DNA of 64,000 nt from an uncultured Planctomycetales bacterium (lineage in GTDB: Bacteria; Omnitrophota; Gorgyraeia; Gygaellales; Profunditerraquicolaceae), in assembly GCA_964645795.1 (NCBI GenBank), contig CAZYCL010000002.1, positions 272,352 through 336,351 on the forward strand. Reading direction: 5' to 3'. The translations under genes and the position numbers were made by a program. Below the pieces are notes generated by a model, which saw only the letters and a program-made list of their open reading frames with translations, was not told the origin of the DNA and made no database searches. Of this stretch, positions 12,701 to 27,700 are shown one piece after another (position 1 is the stretch's first letter; each line of letters starts with the position of its first letter).

Positions 12701-15700
12701 ACGTATCTATCCTCTGTGATACCCACATAAATATAGTTTTCATAAAATGGGTATTCAAACACCAGCTTGAATTCTTCTTCAAGTATAGGCACAAGGATAG
12801 CCCTAAGGAGAGCGTCTTTGGTATAGAATGCGTTGACAACCAAACCGGCTGGCTCCAAACCCTTGGATCTCAGGATTTCCGCCATATTCTTGACCAGCGT
12901 TGATAATTGATCCGCACGCATCCTGCCGCTATCCGCAGTATTAGGGCTGATATGGGCAAGGATCACCGAATTAACCGCCGCATTATTCATGCCTTTCATG
13001 ACCAAGGCAATACATCTATCAAACATGATGCGGTCGGTCTTTATCGCTGTGAGTTCCGGCACTATAAACATCCGGTCTTCTTCCACGAGCCCGCCAATAC
13101 CCCAAGGCCTCTTGTTCTCATCCAAAAGATCGTAACCTTGAGCAAAAACCGGATTAGATAACAATAGTGCATACAGTAATATTACCAGCCGCAAGGCCGC
13201 TTTAAGACCCGGTACCGGAGAACTGGCGCCGGAGTCGACCAGGAATATTTCGGGATTCCTTTCGATGGGGCCTAAAAGCTCATGATAAAGGAGCTCTTGC
13301 TGTTCTATGGGGAATAATTCGAAGAAGTAAGGATTTATTCGGAGAGTCCTGGCATTGATATCGCCTAAGGCGATACCTCCTTTAGTGGAGTGTAAATCGG
13401 TGGTAATAACAAGCGACCTATCGGATATCTGGGGAGGGGCGTGGCCGAAGAATGCCTTAAGCTCTTCCAGCCGTTTGCTTAAGATGCCCTGGTGCTCCTT
13501 GTAAATAAAGCCTTCCGGTCCGGTTATTAAAATAAGGTCGCTGACCGCAGCTTGGGCCAGGAGCCGGTTAATACCATACTTTTCTTCCATATTTTTCTGC
13601 TCTTCAAGCGGTACATAGAGCGGGTGTTCGTTGGCTTTATTAAGACTATTCTTACGCCTGCAGAATAACTCATAGTTGACGTGATTATAACGCACCAGGT
13701 CCCTGATCCCGTTAGGCAGCGGATCGCCAGGCCCGCCTATCAGATAAGATAAGATATTATAGACATCGTCTCTTCCAAAATGAAGGTAGTAATCCACGTT
13801 TTCAAGGTCTTGGACGGACGATTTGTTGCCGAGGACCAGCCGCACAATGGCGGCAATAGGATCATTCTCGTTAACGCTGCCTTCCTCTTCTACAAAACGG
13901 ACAAAAGATAACAGGTCCTCCCATTTTAAGTCCTTGAACGCCTCTGCCGTGCGCAGGTTAAACCAGGATATGTGCCGCATAAGGGCTTCGCTGGAATACT
14001 TATCTGTGTTATTTGCCTGAAGGGAATTAAGATAAAAATCAGTTATCGCCTTCTGGAGCCGGTCAAATGCTTGCTGTTCGGCAAGCTTGAAGAACTCGCA
14101 GTAGAGCTCACTGGCATCGCTTACCGGCAAACACAGCATCTTAACCGCATCAACACCTTGTTGCGATGACTGCAGGACTTGCTTGCCTTTAGCAATGAAA
14201 TCCTTACGCACGTGCTCAAATGCATATACCACCATCCGCGGCTCCAACGGCAAAATAACCTTTAAGCAGTTAGCGCAAGGGCGAAGCGTGACATAAAAAA
14301 TCCCGCCCTTAAAGGGATTGCCGGATAAAGATAGTATCCTTTTAAACAAGGCCACTCCTTCAAAAGAATCAAACAGCTTATCTTTCTGGATTATACGCTC
14401 TAACTGCAGCAGGCCCTCTTTGTATTCGAGGCTATCTTCCGGCCTGACATTTGAGGCGAGCTTATTCAGGATATCAAATACCAGCCTGATCTCTGCGTGG
14501 GAGTGCGTGCCAACGGTGTTGACTTGCGAGCCTGCGTATCGCCCTTCTGAATCATAGAACGAAGCGGCAACGGTTGCCGGCGGGAATGACGTTATTTTAG
14601 ACTTAGCCCAAAGGACCAATGAACGCAGTATCATTATCTGATGTTTATATCCGGGCTGGCCGGTATTCCTGCGGCCCTTAACCGGCGAGCTGAATTTGCG
14701 CATTACTTTTACTGTTGTCGGATGGTGGAACCTGTATCCCCAGTCGATGTCGTCATCGTCGTAAGGGCTCGGGCAGTATTCAAATCTGTAAGAATACGAA
14801 TAATTTCCCGTTATATGGCGATAATCATATGGCCTTAGCGCTTTAGCAAATGCATTCCTATAACCTAACGGCAACCATTCATTATCTACCGTATAACCTT
14901 TTGCCTTTAAAATGGGCGTCATATATTTAGAGTCCAGATTATTTAATAATAAATATTGTCCGGGATCGATGGTATTTTCAAGCGTATCGATATATTCGGA
15001 TAACAGCTTGATATGCTTCTTTTCTACCATTTTTCCGTGCAGATAAGAAAAGGCATATTCAATTAAACCTTTGCATAACACAGTTGCTCTTCCTGTCTTT
15101 ATAAAATCATTTATCAGTCCGGCTAGCGCTTCTTTATCATTGATCTCGGAGTTTGTATACAGGAGAGGTTCTTTCCCGATAGGCTGCCCTACTTCCCTTT
15201 CCATGAAACCAAACATGGCCTTTCCGCCCTCATTGTCCCTATTGAGGTAGGCTGCCGGGGCATACAAGGAAACAAAACCGTCCACTCCCGCCGCCGGATA
15301 GATCACTGTCTGGCGCTCAAATACCCTGCCGAGCCACAAAAGCCTGTATACTGCCCCGGTAAAAGGAATGATCCTTCCAGGATTGCCATCGCGGCTGTCT
15401 CCCAAACGCATTATGCTCATAACTGATTCCAAATCATCGCTTGGAAAAGATTTGCTTTTTTGAATCGGTGAACCGGCTTCGGCGACAAACCTTGTTTTAG
15501 CTTCGCTAACCGCGCGCCTTGGATTAATTACCCTGAAATCATAGCCTGCAAGGATATCAGCGGTCTCCTGTATGATCTTAATCGCCTCATCTTTGGTCAG
15601 GGCGGGATTTACGGCGAACATCTCAAGCAACACGCCCGCCACCTGCGGAGCGGCAAAGCATGTCGCCTGTCTGTAACGCTTCTCTCTCTTGTGCATACCC

Positions 15701-18700
15701 GCACCGGAATACGCAACGGCGGCTATGTCAACGTATGAACCGTAGTTGCTGCAGCCTGTTTTTGTGTATCGACCCGAATCATACTTCACGCTGGCCACGG
15801 ACAAAACAAAATCATAGGCTGCCGGATATACGGGATATCCGTTGTTGCCGTTTCCCGCCGGAGCAACCAAAATCAGCGTATGCGGATATCGGCTGAACAG
15901 CTGCGAAAGGGATTTTTCAAACGAGTAAAAATCGAGGTAAGAACCGAAGTTCATGTTTACGATGAGCTTCTTGCCGCAAGCGAGCTTTTCTTCTATTTCT
16001 TGGAGGGCATCGGAATACTTGATATAACTGATGCGGCGCCCCTTTTTGTTATCCTCTACGTCAATCACGTTTACGCCGGTTTGACCGGTCCAAAGGTACA
16101 ATACACTTAAGGCGATGTCGCTGTGTTTAAGGCCGGCCCTTACGCCAGAGCGGTGATTGCTATCCAAAAGATACGCCTCCCAGCCGCTCCCTGTATCACT
16201 GCCCCGCTCTTGGGGGAATGCTTTTTGAATAGCAAGAAACACCGCTGCGGCAAAGAAGAAACAGAATACCCTGCTTTTAACAATCGGAGAGCTTATGCCG
16301 TGAATGATCACTAAGGCTCCTACCGGGCTGGAGCCGGCATCTTTGAAAAATCCTCCTGAGGGCGATAAACCCCAAGCTGTAAACAACCTCTCTCTTCCCG
16401 GACAACCGTCCTTGCCGCCGCAATCCAGCAAACAGGCCAAACATTTAATCGGAGATTTGGCTATAGTGTCGAGCCCCTCTACATCTGCGTATCTTCTTAA
16501 GCCATTAGCCCGGTCGGGCTTGACACATTTGATGAACCTGCCGTCCGGCAGAAGATAAAGCTTATCTTGATCCTGAGAGACAAACCTGGATTGCTTTATG
16601 AGCCCGCAATCGACAACTAACTGGTCGAAAAGCTGCTGCGCCCTTCCGCATAAATCCAGGATGCGCTTATCGACATGAACGTCGCCTCTCCTGCTAAACT
16701 TGTTGATCAGGCTCACCAAGGCCGCAGGGTCGTCTTTACGCCTGAAGGAGAAAGGCAGCAAAAGTACGTCTACGTAGCGGTAACCTTTGACTAAAGTAAT
16801 TATATCTTCGATGATATCGCGGTAACCACCCAAACCGACCTTGCGCATCCATGCGCTGGGGGCGATGCTGATATTCAGCGTATCCAGTACTCTTATCTGC
16901 AGTAATTTTAATAGAGCGCGCATACCTACGGAATCAGAGGCGAATCCCGAAGTATATAATGTATAGGCGTAGGACTCATTGCCCTTTATCTGCATTATCA
17001 TATCCGCGCAGTCCCTATCGTAAACAAAATCGTAATAATCCCTGAGTATGTCGCTTTTAAGTATATCTATGCCGTATGCGTAAACGCTCAAAACCCAGAC
17101 CCATGGTATAGAATTTATGTTTATAATCGTTGCGGCATCGCAATGGTCGCACTGAGTAGAGCAGCCCCAAACAGGGACTAAAGTGTAATCGTTGACCTTG
17201 GAACTCAAAAAGGTATCTTGCCTTGCCCCTTCCAGCAAAGATACGAAGTATTCTGCCTTTGGATATAGCAGCGCATTCAGGCTGTTTCTGTTTATTAACT
17301 GCCTGCAGCCGGCCACAAACTTAACCCCTGCTTCGGTAAGTGGCGCCTGGTAATGCTCTATCATATTTATTTTTGCGTAAATGGCCCTCTCAAGGAATCC
17401 CCTGAAATCCAAGAACCCGTCCGGACCGCTGATATTGACCACCTTAAGCCCGTGATTGATTGCCGCCAGGTCCCTTATAAATCCCTGGTAATCAAAAAAC
17501 TTCCTGGACCAATCTACTTCTAAAGATGAATAATCCCCTCCCTTCCATCTAATGATTGCTTCCTGCGCCAGGTCTTCGATTAACGGCGAACTGGCGTCTT
17601 CGGATAAAAACAGGCTAAGCGTAAAAGAAAAGAGGTCTTCTTTATCCTGCTGGACGGAGAACGGCAACTCTTCTTCGTCATAAAACAACGGCCTATACTG
17701 GTAAACGATAGCCCTCTCACCGAGACTGCCAAGGTAAAAACCCGCATCAAGAATCTGGGAAAAATCTTCAGCATCAAGCGAGTATACAAAAGCAGTAAAC
17801 TCCCTGAACATGATCTTTGAGCCATCCGGGTAGCTTTCTTTTATGAAGCCGACGGGCGCTGGCTCGCCATGCCCCTGATCGCCATAATAGTAACCGCAGA
17901 TGTAGAACTTGCCTTCTCCGAAGTTTCCGGTCAATTTGTCGAGGAAATCATTCAAATCCTTATCCATATTGGCCACGGGCGAAATAAACAGCTTTATCTC
18001 GCAGGCGCGAAGCAAACCCTCTTCATCCTCCGTAAAACTCACCTCTTTTAATATCCTGTCCACGCGAAAGCGCAATTCTACCGGCGAACTGGCGTCCTTT
18101 GAGACTACCGGCGTGAATCTTGGTTCGCATAAAGGAAGCGTTATTGGCAGGCCGAGCTTGAGGAAATGGCTGTTAAGGAACCTTTTGATATCCGGGTGGT
18201 CCTGTATGGCCTTGATTAACCATACGATTTCAGCTTCCGGGTCAAGCCTCTTGGTATAGGGATAACCCTCTAAGTCTTGAGCAAAAGCCTCATACTCCTC
18301 TTCCGTAACGTAACAAATCTCTGTTCTGCCTTCAAGGTAGAGCGAAAGGCCGTAGATATTCGCGAATATCTCGCTGAACCCCGCTTTCCTTATCGAAGAG
18401 AAGCTTATCAGGATCATATTGAGCTTATCCTCATCCGCATCCAGAAAGACCTTAATTTGTTCAAAGGTCAGGGAAGAATTGAATATGCCGTTCAGGGATA
18501 GCTGGGCATCAAGGAAACCATCGACACTGCGGGTATCTATGTAATTATATTTATACCAGACGTCCTTTATGGGATTATTGTAATCACAGCAGTAATAGAT
18601 AAGGATATCGAAAAACCGAGAAAAAAGCTCTTCATCGCCGCTGTTTAATATCATGGTGAACAGCGAATCTGTCTCTTGGGCAAAAAGATCCCCTTTCTCA

Positions 18701-21700
18701 TGCATCTGGAAATGCTTCGCCTCTAAGGCGTGCACGGCCTCATGCGCAAGGAAGAATGCGCAGTAAGAACTTTCGAAAGAGTATATCGTCTCATCGTCAG
18801 GATCATAGAACGCCGCCAGGATCCCGGTCTTCTTCTCCTCACATAGCTTAACCCAGTCCTTGGCGCCGGAAATCGCCTTGACCTTGATCCCGTTTTGTCT
18901 TAAGACGTCAAGCAAGAGCTGCATAAGCCCGGGCTCAATCTCGATACAGTTTAGCCGGACCTCTTCCTGCGCGAAAGAAATCTGGGCGCTTGCCCCGGAA
19001 GCCGATATGCCGAACATGAATACGGGAAGCAATATAGGTATGAAATTACGGATGAAACTCTTCGGTAAGCTTGCCGGAGAGCTCGATTGCCTGGTATTTA
19101 CGAAACTGTATAAACGCAAGATCCCCGGCGCCTTCATTATGCGCGACTCCACATCATCGCTAAACTCCGGCAAGTTACCGCGCAATAAATGCTGGCTCGC
19201 CAGGTAATCCTGGTAGAGGCTAATAACATTCAACTCTTCTTGCAAGAAATCAATCCGATCAAAATCAATACTGTTGTATAGTTTTTTGCTTAACTCCAAT
19301 ATCCTGGATTGATCCAACCGGCCCTCTTTCTTTTTCCGGAAATAATCCCCGGCCATAACAAAGAAGGCGCCCGTGGCTTCCACCAGCCTCTGCTTCTTAA
19401 GAAATACATCGTAAGGCCCTGTCACAACAGTCCGTTCATGCTCGGGATCAAACTGGTCATAAGAACCGTCAATGCCAAAAAGCCTTTCGCCAGCTTGACT
19501 GCATATAGCCAGCCAGTAATGAATTGAGGCAAGATCATGATCGCGAAGATAATGCAGGCCGAGTATGACCTGACAATAATGACTTTTTGAGGGAATATAC
19601 GAGAGGCCGAACTCATCAAACAAAATGAGCGCCAGCAGCTTGGAGGTTATCTTGCAGTATTTAGTCTTTAGTTCGGGGGCAAGGAGTCTTGCCTCTTCAA
19701 GGGCATTGAAGAAAACCGCAGCGAAATCCTTTGAAGCTATAAAACCGAGCGCCTTTTCAAGACGCGCTACTGAAGCCGGCGAGCTGGATTCAAGGCTCAG
19801 GCGATAATACTTCTGCGCCTCATCAATCCTGCCCGCTGCATTATGGCAGATGCAAAGATTCTTATAAACCTCTCTGCCAAGGTCCGGCCTTAATACTGCT
19901 GCCTTCTCCAAGACCTCTATCGCCTCTTCCGTGCGCTCCAAACATATCAAAGCGCTTCCTAAGTTAAGATGCGCTACGGGGTTTTCTTTATCTATGCCGA
20001 TGATCCTCTCAAAAACAGCCTTTGCTTCCCGGGCAAACCCCTCCCTCACTAGCATTACTCCTATGTTATTCAACACGGGCAAGGAGAACCCGCCGGGAGC
20101 ATCCTGCAGCCGCATATCTTTATAATAAAGGTTCAAGCACGCCTTGGCTGCGGCCTTTCCCCATCCCAACTCTGAAATCAACATAAGCACAAGCTCTGGA
20201 AGCCTGCTTAGCTTGCCCTGTTTAAGAGAAATATAGCTTGGCCCTAAGTGAAAATACTCCCTAATATCCACGCTTAATACCTTACGTAATGACAAGTCTA
20301 CGATATGCAGATAATTACCTGCCTTGATAACCGGGAACACATGGTCTTTAAGGGAAGCTGCCTTGGGATAAAAGCCTAAGAGGGAAAGGATGATATAGGA
20401 GTGCAGGGCGGTTGCGGCGTTATCTTGCTGCCAATCCGCTGCCCTCTCCCTGTCAAAGAGGTCGGAATCACGCAGGATCTCGGAGATCATGCCTGCGGCC
20501 AGGCCTTCTGTCAGGACTGTCCGGATGTTTTCCCGGTATAACAGTCTTCCCTTACGTCTGACCACGCATCCTGGATCGACTATTTTTCGGTTTAACAACT
20601 TTTTAAAGAAAGCGTTGAGCGCTCTGGGACCTGCTTTTGAACGGGCCTCCTGTGCCTGCTTGGAAAGCTTATTCCAATCTACTTTTTCGAATGTTTTAAT
20701 GATCTCTTCGGATAGCTGCACAAGCCTCGACTCGGGGAACCCCAGGCTCATAAGCACTTGCCGTAAATCTAACCTATTAAGCGGTGAGCTTATCGCATCC
20801 GCGCTCTTAACGAAGCTATCGGCCTTATAAATCCTGAAAATATCCGAGAGGTGGTCGCCGGTAAAGTAATTCAGCTCTACCATCTCAGAGCGCCATCCAT
20901 AGGGCAAGTTATTTTGCAGCTTATCCTGCGTCCATAAGCTGGCCGCCTGCGTTATGCCGGCAAGGACAAACGCGCTTGAGTTGTCTTTGGCTACTTCGGG
21001 CAGGCCGGAGAGGATCTTTTTATTGACCCTGAAACCATCTCCCGAGTAGCTGATACAGGCAGATGGAGAAACCTGCTTGCCAGATATGATGGGATTATTG
21101 GCAACCAGCGCATCGAATCTTATGCCCAGGTCCTCTATCGCGTCATAAACATCGCTCTTTAATACCAACCAGCGTCCGGGATAATCAAACCTCTCAAGAT
21201 TGTAAACCGAAGTCTTTACCGCTTCATCGCAGTTATCCAGGCCTATAACGTACCTGGCGCCTGCCTTAAGCAGGGCCATCGTCAATACCCCGCTGCCGCT
21301 GCCGACATCCAGGACTGTCTTATCCATAAAATAACCTGCCCAGCTCTTATGATGCAGTATCAGCCAGAGGAACTTACGGGTAGTAGAGTTAATAGGTATG
21401 CAGACATCCTCCCTTATCCTGACCCACTCTCCCAGCTCCTGCACATAAATACTGCGGTACGGGTTAAGCGGCGAGCTTGAGCGCAGGAGCTGCGAAGAGA
21501 AGTTGACGATGATCTCCCTTGTATCTTCGTCAACATAGTTAGGGATTATTGCCGAAACATCCCTGTTCCACGGACGGTAAACATCGACCGCAAACTCCCA
21601 GGGCCCTTTATTTTCTTTTGCGGGAAGCACGGTTTCTCCGCTCTTGACTGCCAGATCCTGGGCGTCCTGGTCCATGCGGGTGCACTCCGATATGGCAAAG

Positions 21701-24700
21701 CGCACAAACCCCGCGTGGACCTCGCTGTATTTATTAAGGCGGCCGTTCATGATATTCCTGGCAATGTCCAGGTAAAAACTTTTCTCCAGCTTAAGTTTAT
21801 TGATAGATTCAAGATCGAATATCGTTGTCTTTAAAACCATGAACGGCTCGCCCTTAACTTCAAGGAAGTAATACTGCCCGGCAGCCGGAATTTGGCTGTT
21901 TATTGCCTGATCAAGAAGCTTGCCTGCCGTAAGCCCGGACCAGGGAAATATGCGTTCATTCAGGCCCACTGCCTTAAAAACGCAGAAATAAGGGTTTGTG
22001 AAAAACTTGCGCTCTTCTTTGCTTAACAGTTCTTTCTTATTACTGAAACGCACCCTGGCTTGTAATGGCGAGCTGACATTCGGATCAAACATTTTCCTGA
22101 ACCTGCGCAGACCCTTATCCTTCCAGAAATTCTGGGACAAATACCTGCATATTATCGCGTTTAGAACCTGGGACGTATGTTCCGGCCCGTCAACCAGCAC
22201 AGACTTCATGCCTGCTGCCTTGGCCGGATATACGTCGTAATCATAGTTGTTGCCGATACAAAGTATCTCATGCGGCTTTAGCCCCATCATCTCAATACTC
22301 AACTCAAATGCCATAGGAGAAGGCTTAAGCGCATCTTTTAACTCATCCGCAGTAACCAGGAAGTCCAATGACTTGACAAACCCCAGGATCGTTAATATCT
22401 TTCTTGCCTGGTAGCGGTGATTGTTGGTCAGAACTCCCAGCTTTATCCTCCCCTTTAAAAAGCCGAGCTGCCTTTCGATCCCTTTATCTCTTTTTATGTA
22501 TTTACGCAGGTCAATCCTGTTGATTTGCGCCTGTGAAAGCCTGCGGAACTCACGCCGGTCCACCCCCAGCTTAACCCCGGTTTCTTCCAGGGTAAGATGC
22601 CTGTCGCTATCCCACATTGTTTCTCTTATCAATTTTCTTACCACGCGGATTTCTTTGCCCAGCAGACGGGCTATAGTGATACTCCTGGCGTTATAATATG
22701 CGCCTCTTAGCGTATTTAAATTGTTAGAAACCGGGATAGTTGGGTCATAAAGGGTGCCGTCTAAATCGAATATTATCCCTTTGACGCTGCAGTTACCAAG
22801 CGCGCTATAATCAACCGGCGAGCTCAAAGCGGAATTTGATTTATTTTGGCGGAAGCTCATTATTAACCGGAAAAGGCGCTCTATGGGAAAGTCTTCGCTT
22901 AAATCTTCAAGCAGAATATCTATGCCGTGCGGATCAATGCGCCAGGCCCTTGCCAGATCAAAGATGACCTTGTCTTGAAAGCTCTGGGCGCCGAGAAAAC
23001 TGTCTTCATCCTGCTTAAACCTGTTTTCGTTAAGCCAGAGCTTCTCTTGGAGGATCATCCGGAATTTTACCCTCGTTTCGGCCTCTTCCAGGTAGTCCTC
23101 TATTTGCCTGCGCATCTTAGGATGTAAATAATCAAAACCTTTGAGATTGGCGATAGGGCTGTGTTTTAATATCGCTACCGGCTGGCCGCTCCCAAGCGGC
23201 ATCCCCATATAGTAGTATCGGCCCTGGCCCTGGCTGCCTAAAAGCTGGTCCAAAAATACCCTTTTATTCTCATCCAGCTCCACCAGGGGGGTTATCAGGA
23301 TGCTTGCTCCGATCGGATAAGGATAATTATTATTTGAGCGGAAGAAGAGGTTTATCTTTTGAGTAAACTGCTGGGCCGGAGAGCTTGCGCTTTCTTTGCT
23401 GCTTTCACGGATTATTTTAGCCAGATCAAGGGGCCTGGAAGCAAGAGGCACGCCAAAGCTCTGCATTATCATATCAATTGCCGCATCATATGCCCTTGAA
23501 CTATCCGTCGTTATCAGCGCCGCCTTTAATGCTGCCCCTGCCAGCATATTCTGATACACATAATCCTGAGGCGACTCGGTATTAAAGGCCTTTCGCATGA
23601 GACGCTGAAAATAATTGTACCTTTCTTTAAAATACTTAGGCGTAATCTTTTGCGAATACGCACGCAAACCCTTCAGATCCAAGCTGCCTTCGTGGCTGAC
23701 AAAAGCCTCTCCTGCCCTAATGTTGTCGATGTCCAGCGGGTGCAGCCCAAACAGGTTCTCGCGGTTGGGATGAAGGATATTAAAATAGCTTAAAAGCGCT
23801 ATGAGCCCTACTGCCTGATTGCAAAAATCACCGTTTTTCTCATTGACCTTTAAAACGCAGGCGCTCAAGCTATGCCCTTCTTCATGGGCGGCGGTTTCAA
23901 AAACACGCTTAAGCTCCATCCCGACCTTCACGGAAATGATATGGTCCGGGCTTTGCTGAAAGCTTCCTGACCTGAAATAATACGATGGTTCAAGCCAAGA
24001 GATAGCAGCAGAAAAGAAAGCCCCGCCGCGCTTATAAACCTCGGTACGCCACTCTAACCATTGGTCGTGCTCGATGTAACGGCTAAGCAGCCTCTGGACC
24101 GCTTCTCTTGCTTCCGTAATAATCAAATCCTCGCTGTGATTAAGGAAAAGGGAGAGGCGGCTGTTTTTGACAAAGCGATGGATATACACCCATTGCCCGT
24201 TCTTATAAGTTTCGACCACCCTGAATAGATCTTCAAGATCTATCCTTTGCAGCCTTACCCATCTCCTGACCGCCTCAATCTCCAAACAAAGACCCAAGGA
24301 GTCGAATTTTCTGACCTTACCCAGTATCAGCTTATATAAATCCTGCTTAGTCCCAAGATCAGGGGCATCAAATAACTCAATAAGCCTGTTATACAGATGC
24401 GCGGCCCTGCCTTCATTACAGAGCCCAACCGGATTTCTGATTACTAAATACCGGCGTAAATCCTGTTGCTGGATGACATAAACATGCCCGTGGCCGGCAT
24501 AACGCTCCTTTACCCAGGCAACAAATTCTCTTTCTTCCTTATCCGCCTGCGGCTGCCATATGGGCGAGCTGCCCTGCCGCACGCTGCTGCCGATTATCGA
24601 TAGGATCCCGCTAAGCGTTACCGTCTTGCCCAATATAGGGATAGCCTTTAACCAAGCGCGCCTTGATATCTTCCGGCGCAGCTCCTTCTGGGCTGCCTGG

Positions 24701-27700
24701 GAGACATAGCTTAAAATCAGGTCTATTTTCTCTTTATTCAGGATTACCAGCGCTTCATTTTCATTTGCCGCATTCAATACAATAAAGCCCCTGTGTCTAA
24801 GTATCTGCGGGATATCCGCGCCATTGCCTATTACCAATATCTTCCGGGTCCCCCGCGTGCCGACTAAAGCCCCTGATGCTAACGGCGAGCTGGAAAAACC
24901 TTCGATCTGGCTAAACCGCAAGGCAACAAGTTCTCCGGCCTTCTCAACCTTATACTCAAAATGCAGATGAGCCAGCTTTCTGCGGGCGTTCGTCCCGGTC
25001 CTGCCTGATAAACCTATTATCTGCCCTTTTGAAACAATATCTGACGCCTTCACATTGAGGCTGTTTAAATGCGCGTAATAACTATAGCTTGAAAATACGG
25101 GGTTATATATGAGCAGGCCGTTGCCGGCTTTTTCACCGAAGCCGCTACCTGCGCTCCAGGAGCCATTCTCATACTTCCAACAGTCCCCGCAGGATGCGAC
25201 CACCCCGCCGCAAAAAGCGGCTACGGGGGTATTTTCATCGATAAATATGTCGTAGGCTTCGTGGTCGGTGCCCGGACGAAATGACCTTTCTGAGTATTTG
25301 CCGGTATTTTCTGCAAAAAACCAGCTAAATTCTTTTACCGTCCTTCTGACGCACTCCTTGGCCTGGTAATCAAAAAACCCGCTAAAGGCTTCCTGCTGTT
25401 TCTTGCGCCATTGCTGCAAAAAGAGATATTCATGGATATTGCCGAAATCATTGTTTATGAAGTAATCTTTGCCGAAGTAAGAAAGCTTTATCTTAAGCTG
25501 GTTTTCCGCAGAAAATATCTCTTCCTTATCAAAATACGGAAAATCGAAGTGGGTCTCTGCTGCGCTGTCCGACAACCTTATCGGGACAAGCAGGCTTAAG
25601 GATGCCAGGGTAGACTTTATTAAAAATATCCTGCGGCTTACCGGCGAGCTGGAGACGGATGGATAATTGACGTTCTCAAGCCAAGAAAATGCCTTGCCGT
25701 TAATGAAATATATGAGCTTGACCGACTTTACCGGGAATCGCGCCGGGATAATGATCTCTTTCTTATTATAGATACCTACGGCCTCGGCAAAGGCATTGAC
25801 GATCTGCCCTTTCTTATAGACTACCAGCCCTTCGCCCGGATTAGTGATCATGGCGAACGTTAACAACGCCCGGTCGCTCAAAACAGAACTCCACATGTAG
25901 ACGCCTTTATCATCTATCTTGGCGGACAAGGGCATATCGGCAGGCATGTCGTATAATGCGTCCTCCGGAACCACCCAGACAAATTTTATTTTCTTGGACA
26001 ATAACTTTTCCAAAAACTCTCCCTGGATCTCTGCTTTTTCCCATGCGATCTTCTCCTGCGTCCTCTTGTCGCCGGCTAACTCGGGGCCGTTCTTGAAATT
26101 CTTATCGTTAAATTTGCCGTCCGAAGCAAAGATGAAAACAGTGCTGTCCGGGAAATCATCCATAAGCTCGTTTATCGTCTTCAATGCCTTCCAGCCGTAA
26201 GTATATCCGCCCGCAGGCTGCCTGAGCGCTTGCAGGATCCGGTCGAAATCGTATTCTGTTGTGACTTTAGAGTTAAAGAATGTGGCTGCGATGATATTGT
26301 CTCTTTCCCGCATCTTCTCAAGGAGCTCTTCCATATCCGAGAACCAATTCAGGTTGCAAACACTGGAGCTGTTGTCGATGCCAAAGAAGAAATTGCGGCG
26401 GATAGTCTCCATCTGCAGCGGATAGCTAAAGTCTGCGTACGAAACCACCACCCGGACCGAATCGATATCTTTGCGGCCATTGAAGATATCCCCCAAAAAC
26501 AGGGTATCTGGGCGGTGAGGCGTTGATCTTGCCTGCTGCCTGCGAATGACCGCGTCGCCGAAGTCGATAAAGATGGTCCTGTTCTGCTGTGGCATGACGA
26601 CCTGGGCGGGAAGGAAGTTGGATTCCTTGAGGAAAGAAGTAAAGGCATTGCCTATGCCGTCTATTTTGGCGAATTTATAGTGGATCTTGGGGTTCTTTGC
26701 CTCCTGCACGCGCCTGATGATATACTCATCGGCCAGGCTCCTGATATTGCTCTGTTCGGAGTTCTGAGTGGCGAATATCACATGCGTATTTGTCTTCTCA
26801 AGCTTAGCTGTCATCTCTTCAAAAAGCGGCCTTAAATCTTCTATCTCTACTATCGCATTTCCGTCTGAGGCGGTATCCTGCTGGAAATCTCCCGAGGCGC
26901 AGATTATCACCTTCGGAGTAAGCCGGCCGTCATCCATCGCCTGCATGGTATTGATGAGCGACTCTACTATATAGGAAGCGCCGTTTCCTTTCCGGGCGAA
27001 CTTTTCCTGCTTAAAATAATTCCTGGCCGCAGCCATTGAGTAGGAACACGTCTTGGGGTCAGGTTCGGTCACCGTGCCGATCCAAAGGTTGGGCATTTTC
27101 GGATACCTGCCCTGGATATAAGGTATGATCTCGTTTGTAAACTGCCTGGATTGCTCTGCCATGGAACAGGCGCTGGTGCTCCCGGACTCATCGGCTATTA
27201 TGGCGATCCTGGGGGTGACGATCTCCCCGGAGGGGATCAAAGTCACTATGTCATCGGGTTTACGGATCTTGATGATCGTGGGTTCAGAGTGCTGTATCTT
27301 TAAGGCGCCTTGCGCCGCATCGTAATAATATAGAAGGGGGAGGTCAAGCCCGGCCGAAGGATTAATCTTGCTTGTCCCCTGCCCTGCGGCACTGGTTGTA
27401 AACGCCCAAAATGCGCCTGCCAGCAAAACTGACACCGCTGCCTTTATGCGGTTAACCGGCGAACTAATTGAGCCCTGCGCTTGTTCGGCCTCCGGCCTGA
27501 AATTTGAATCAAAGACCCTGGCTGCGATCCGCTCTACGGCTTTATTACGCAGCTCAAGACAGGCGATCCCGCGATCTAATATATCTTTTAAGTGCTCAAG
27601 CCTCTGATCGAGCTTTTGGGCCATAAGGGCAACTCGCTCATCTATGAAATTCTCCAGCCTTATCGCTATCTCATTTTCCAGCGAAGCCAGGTAAGCGCCT

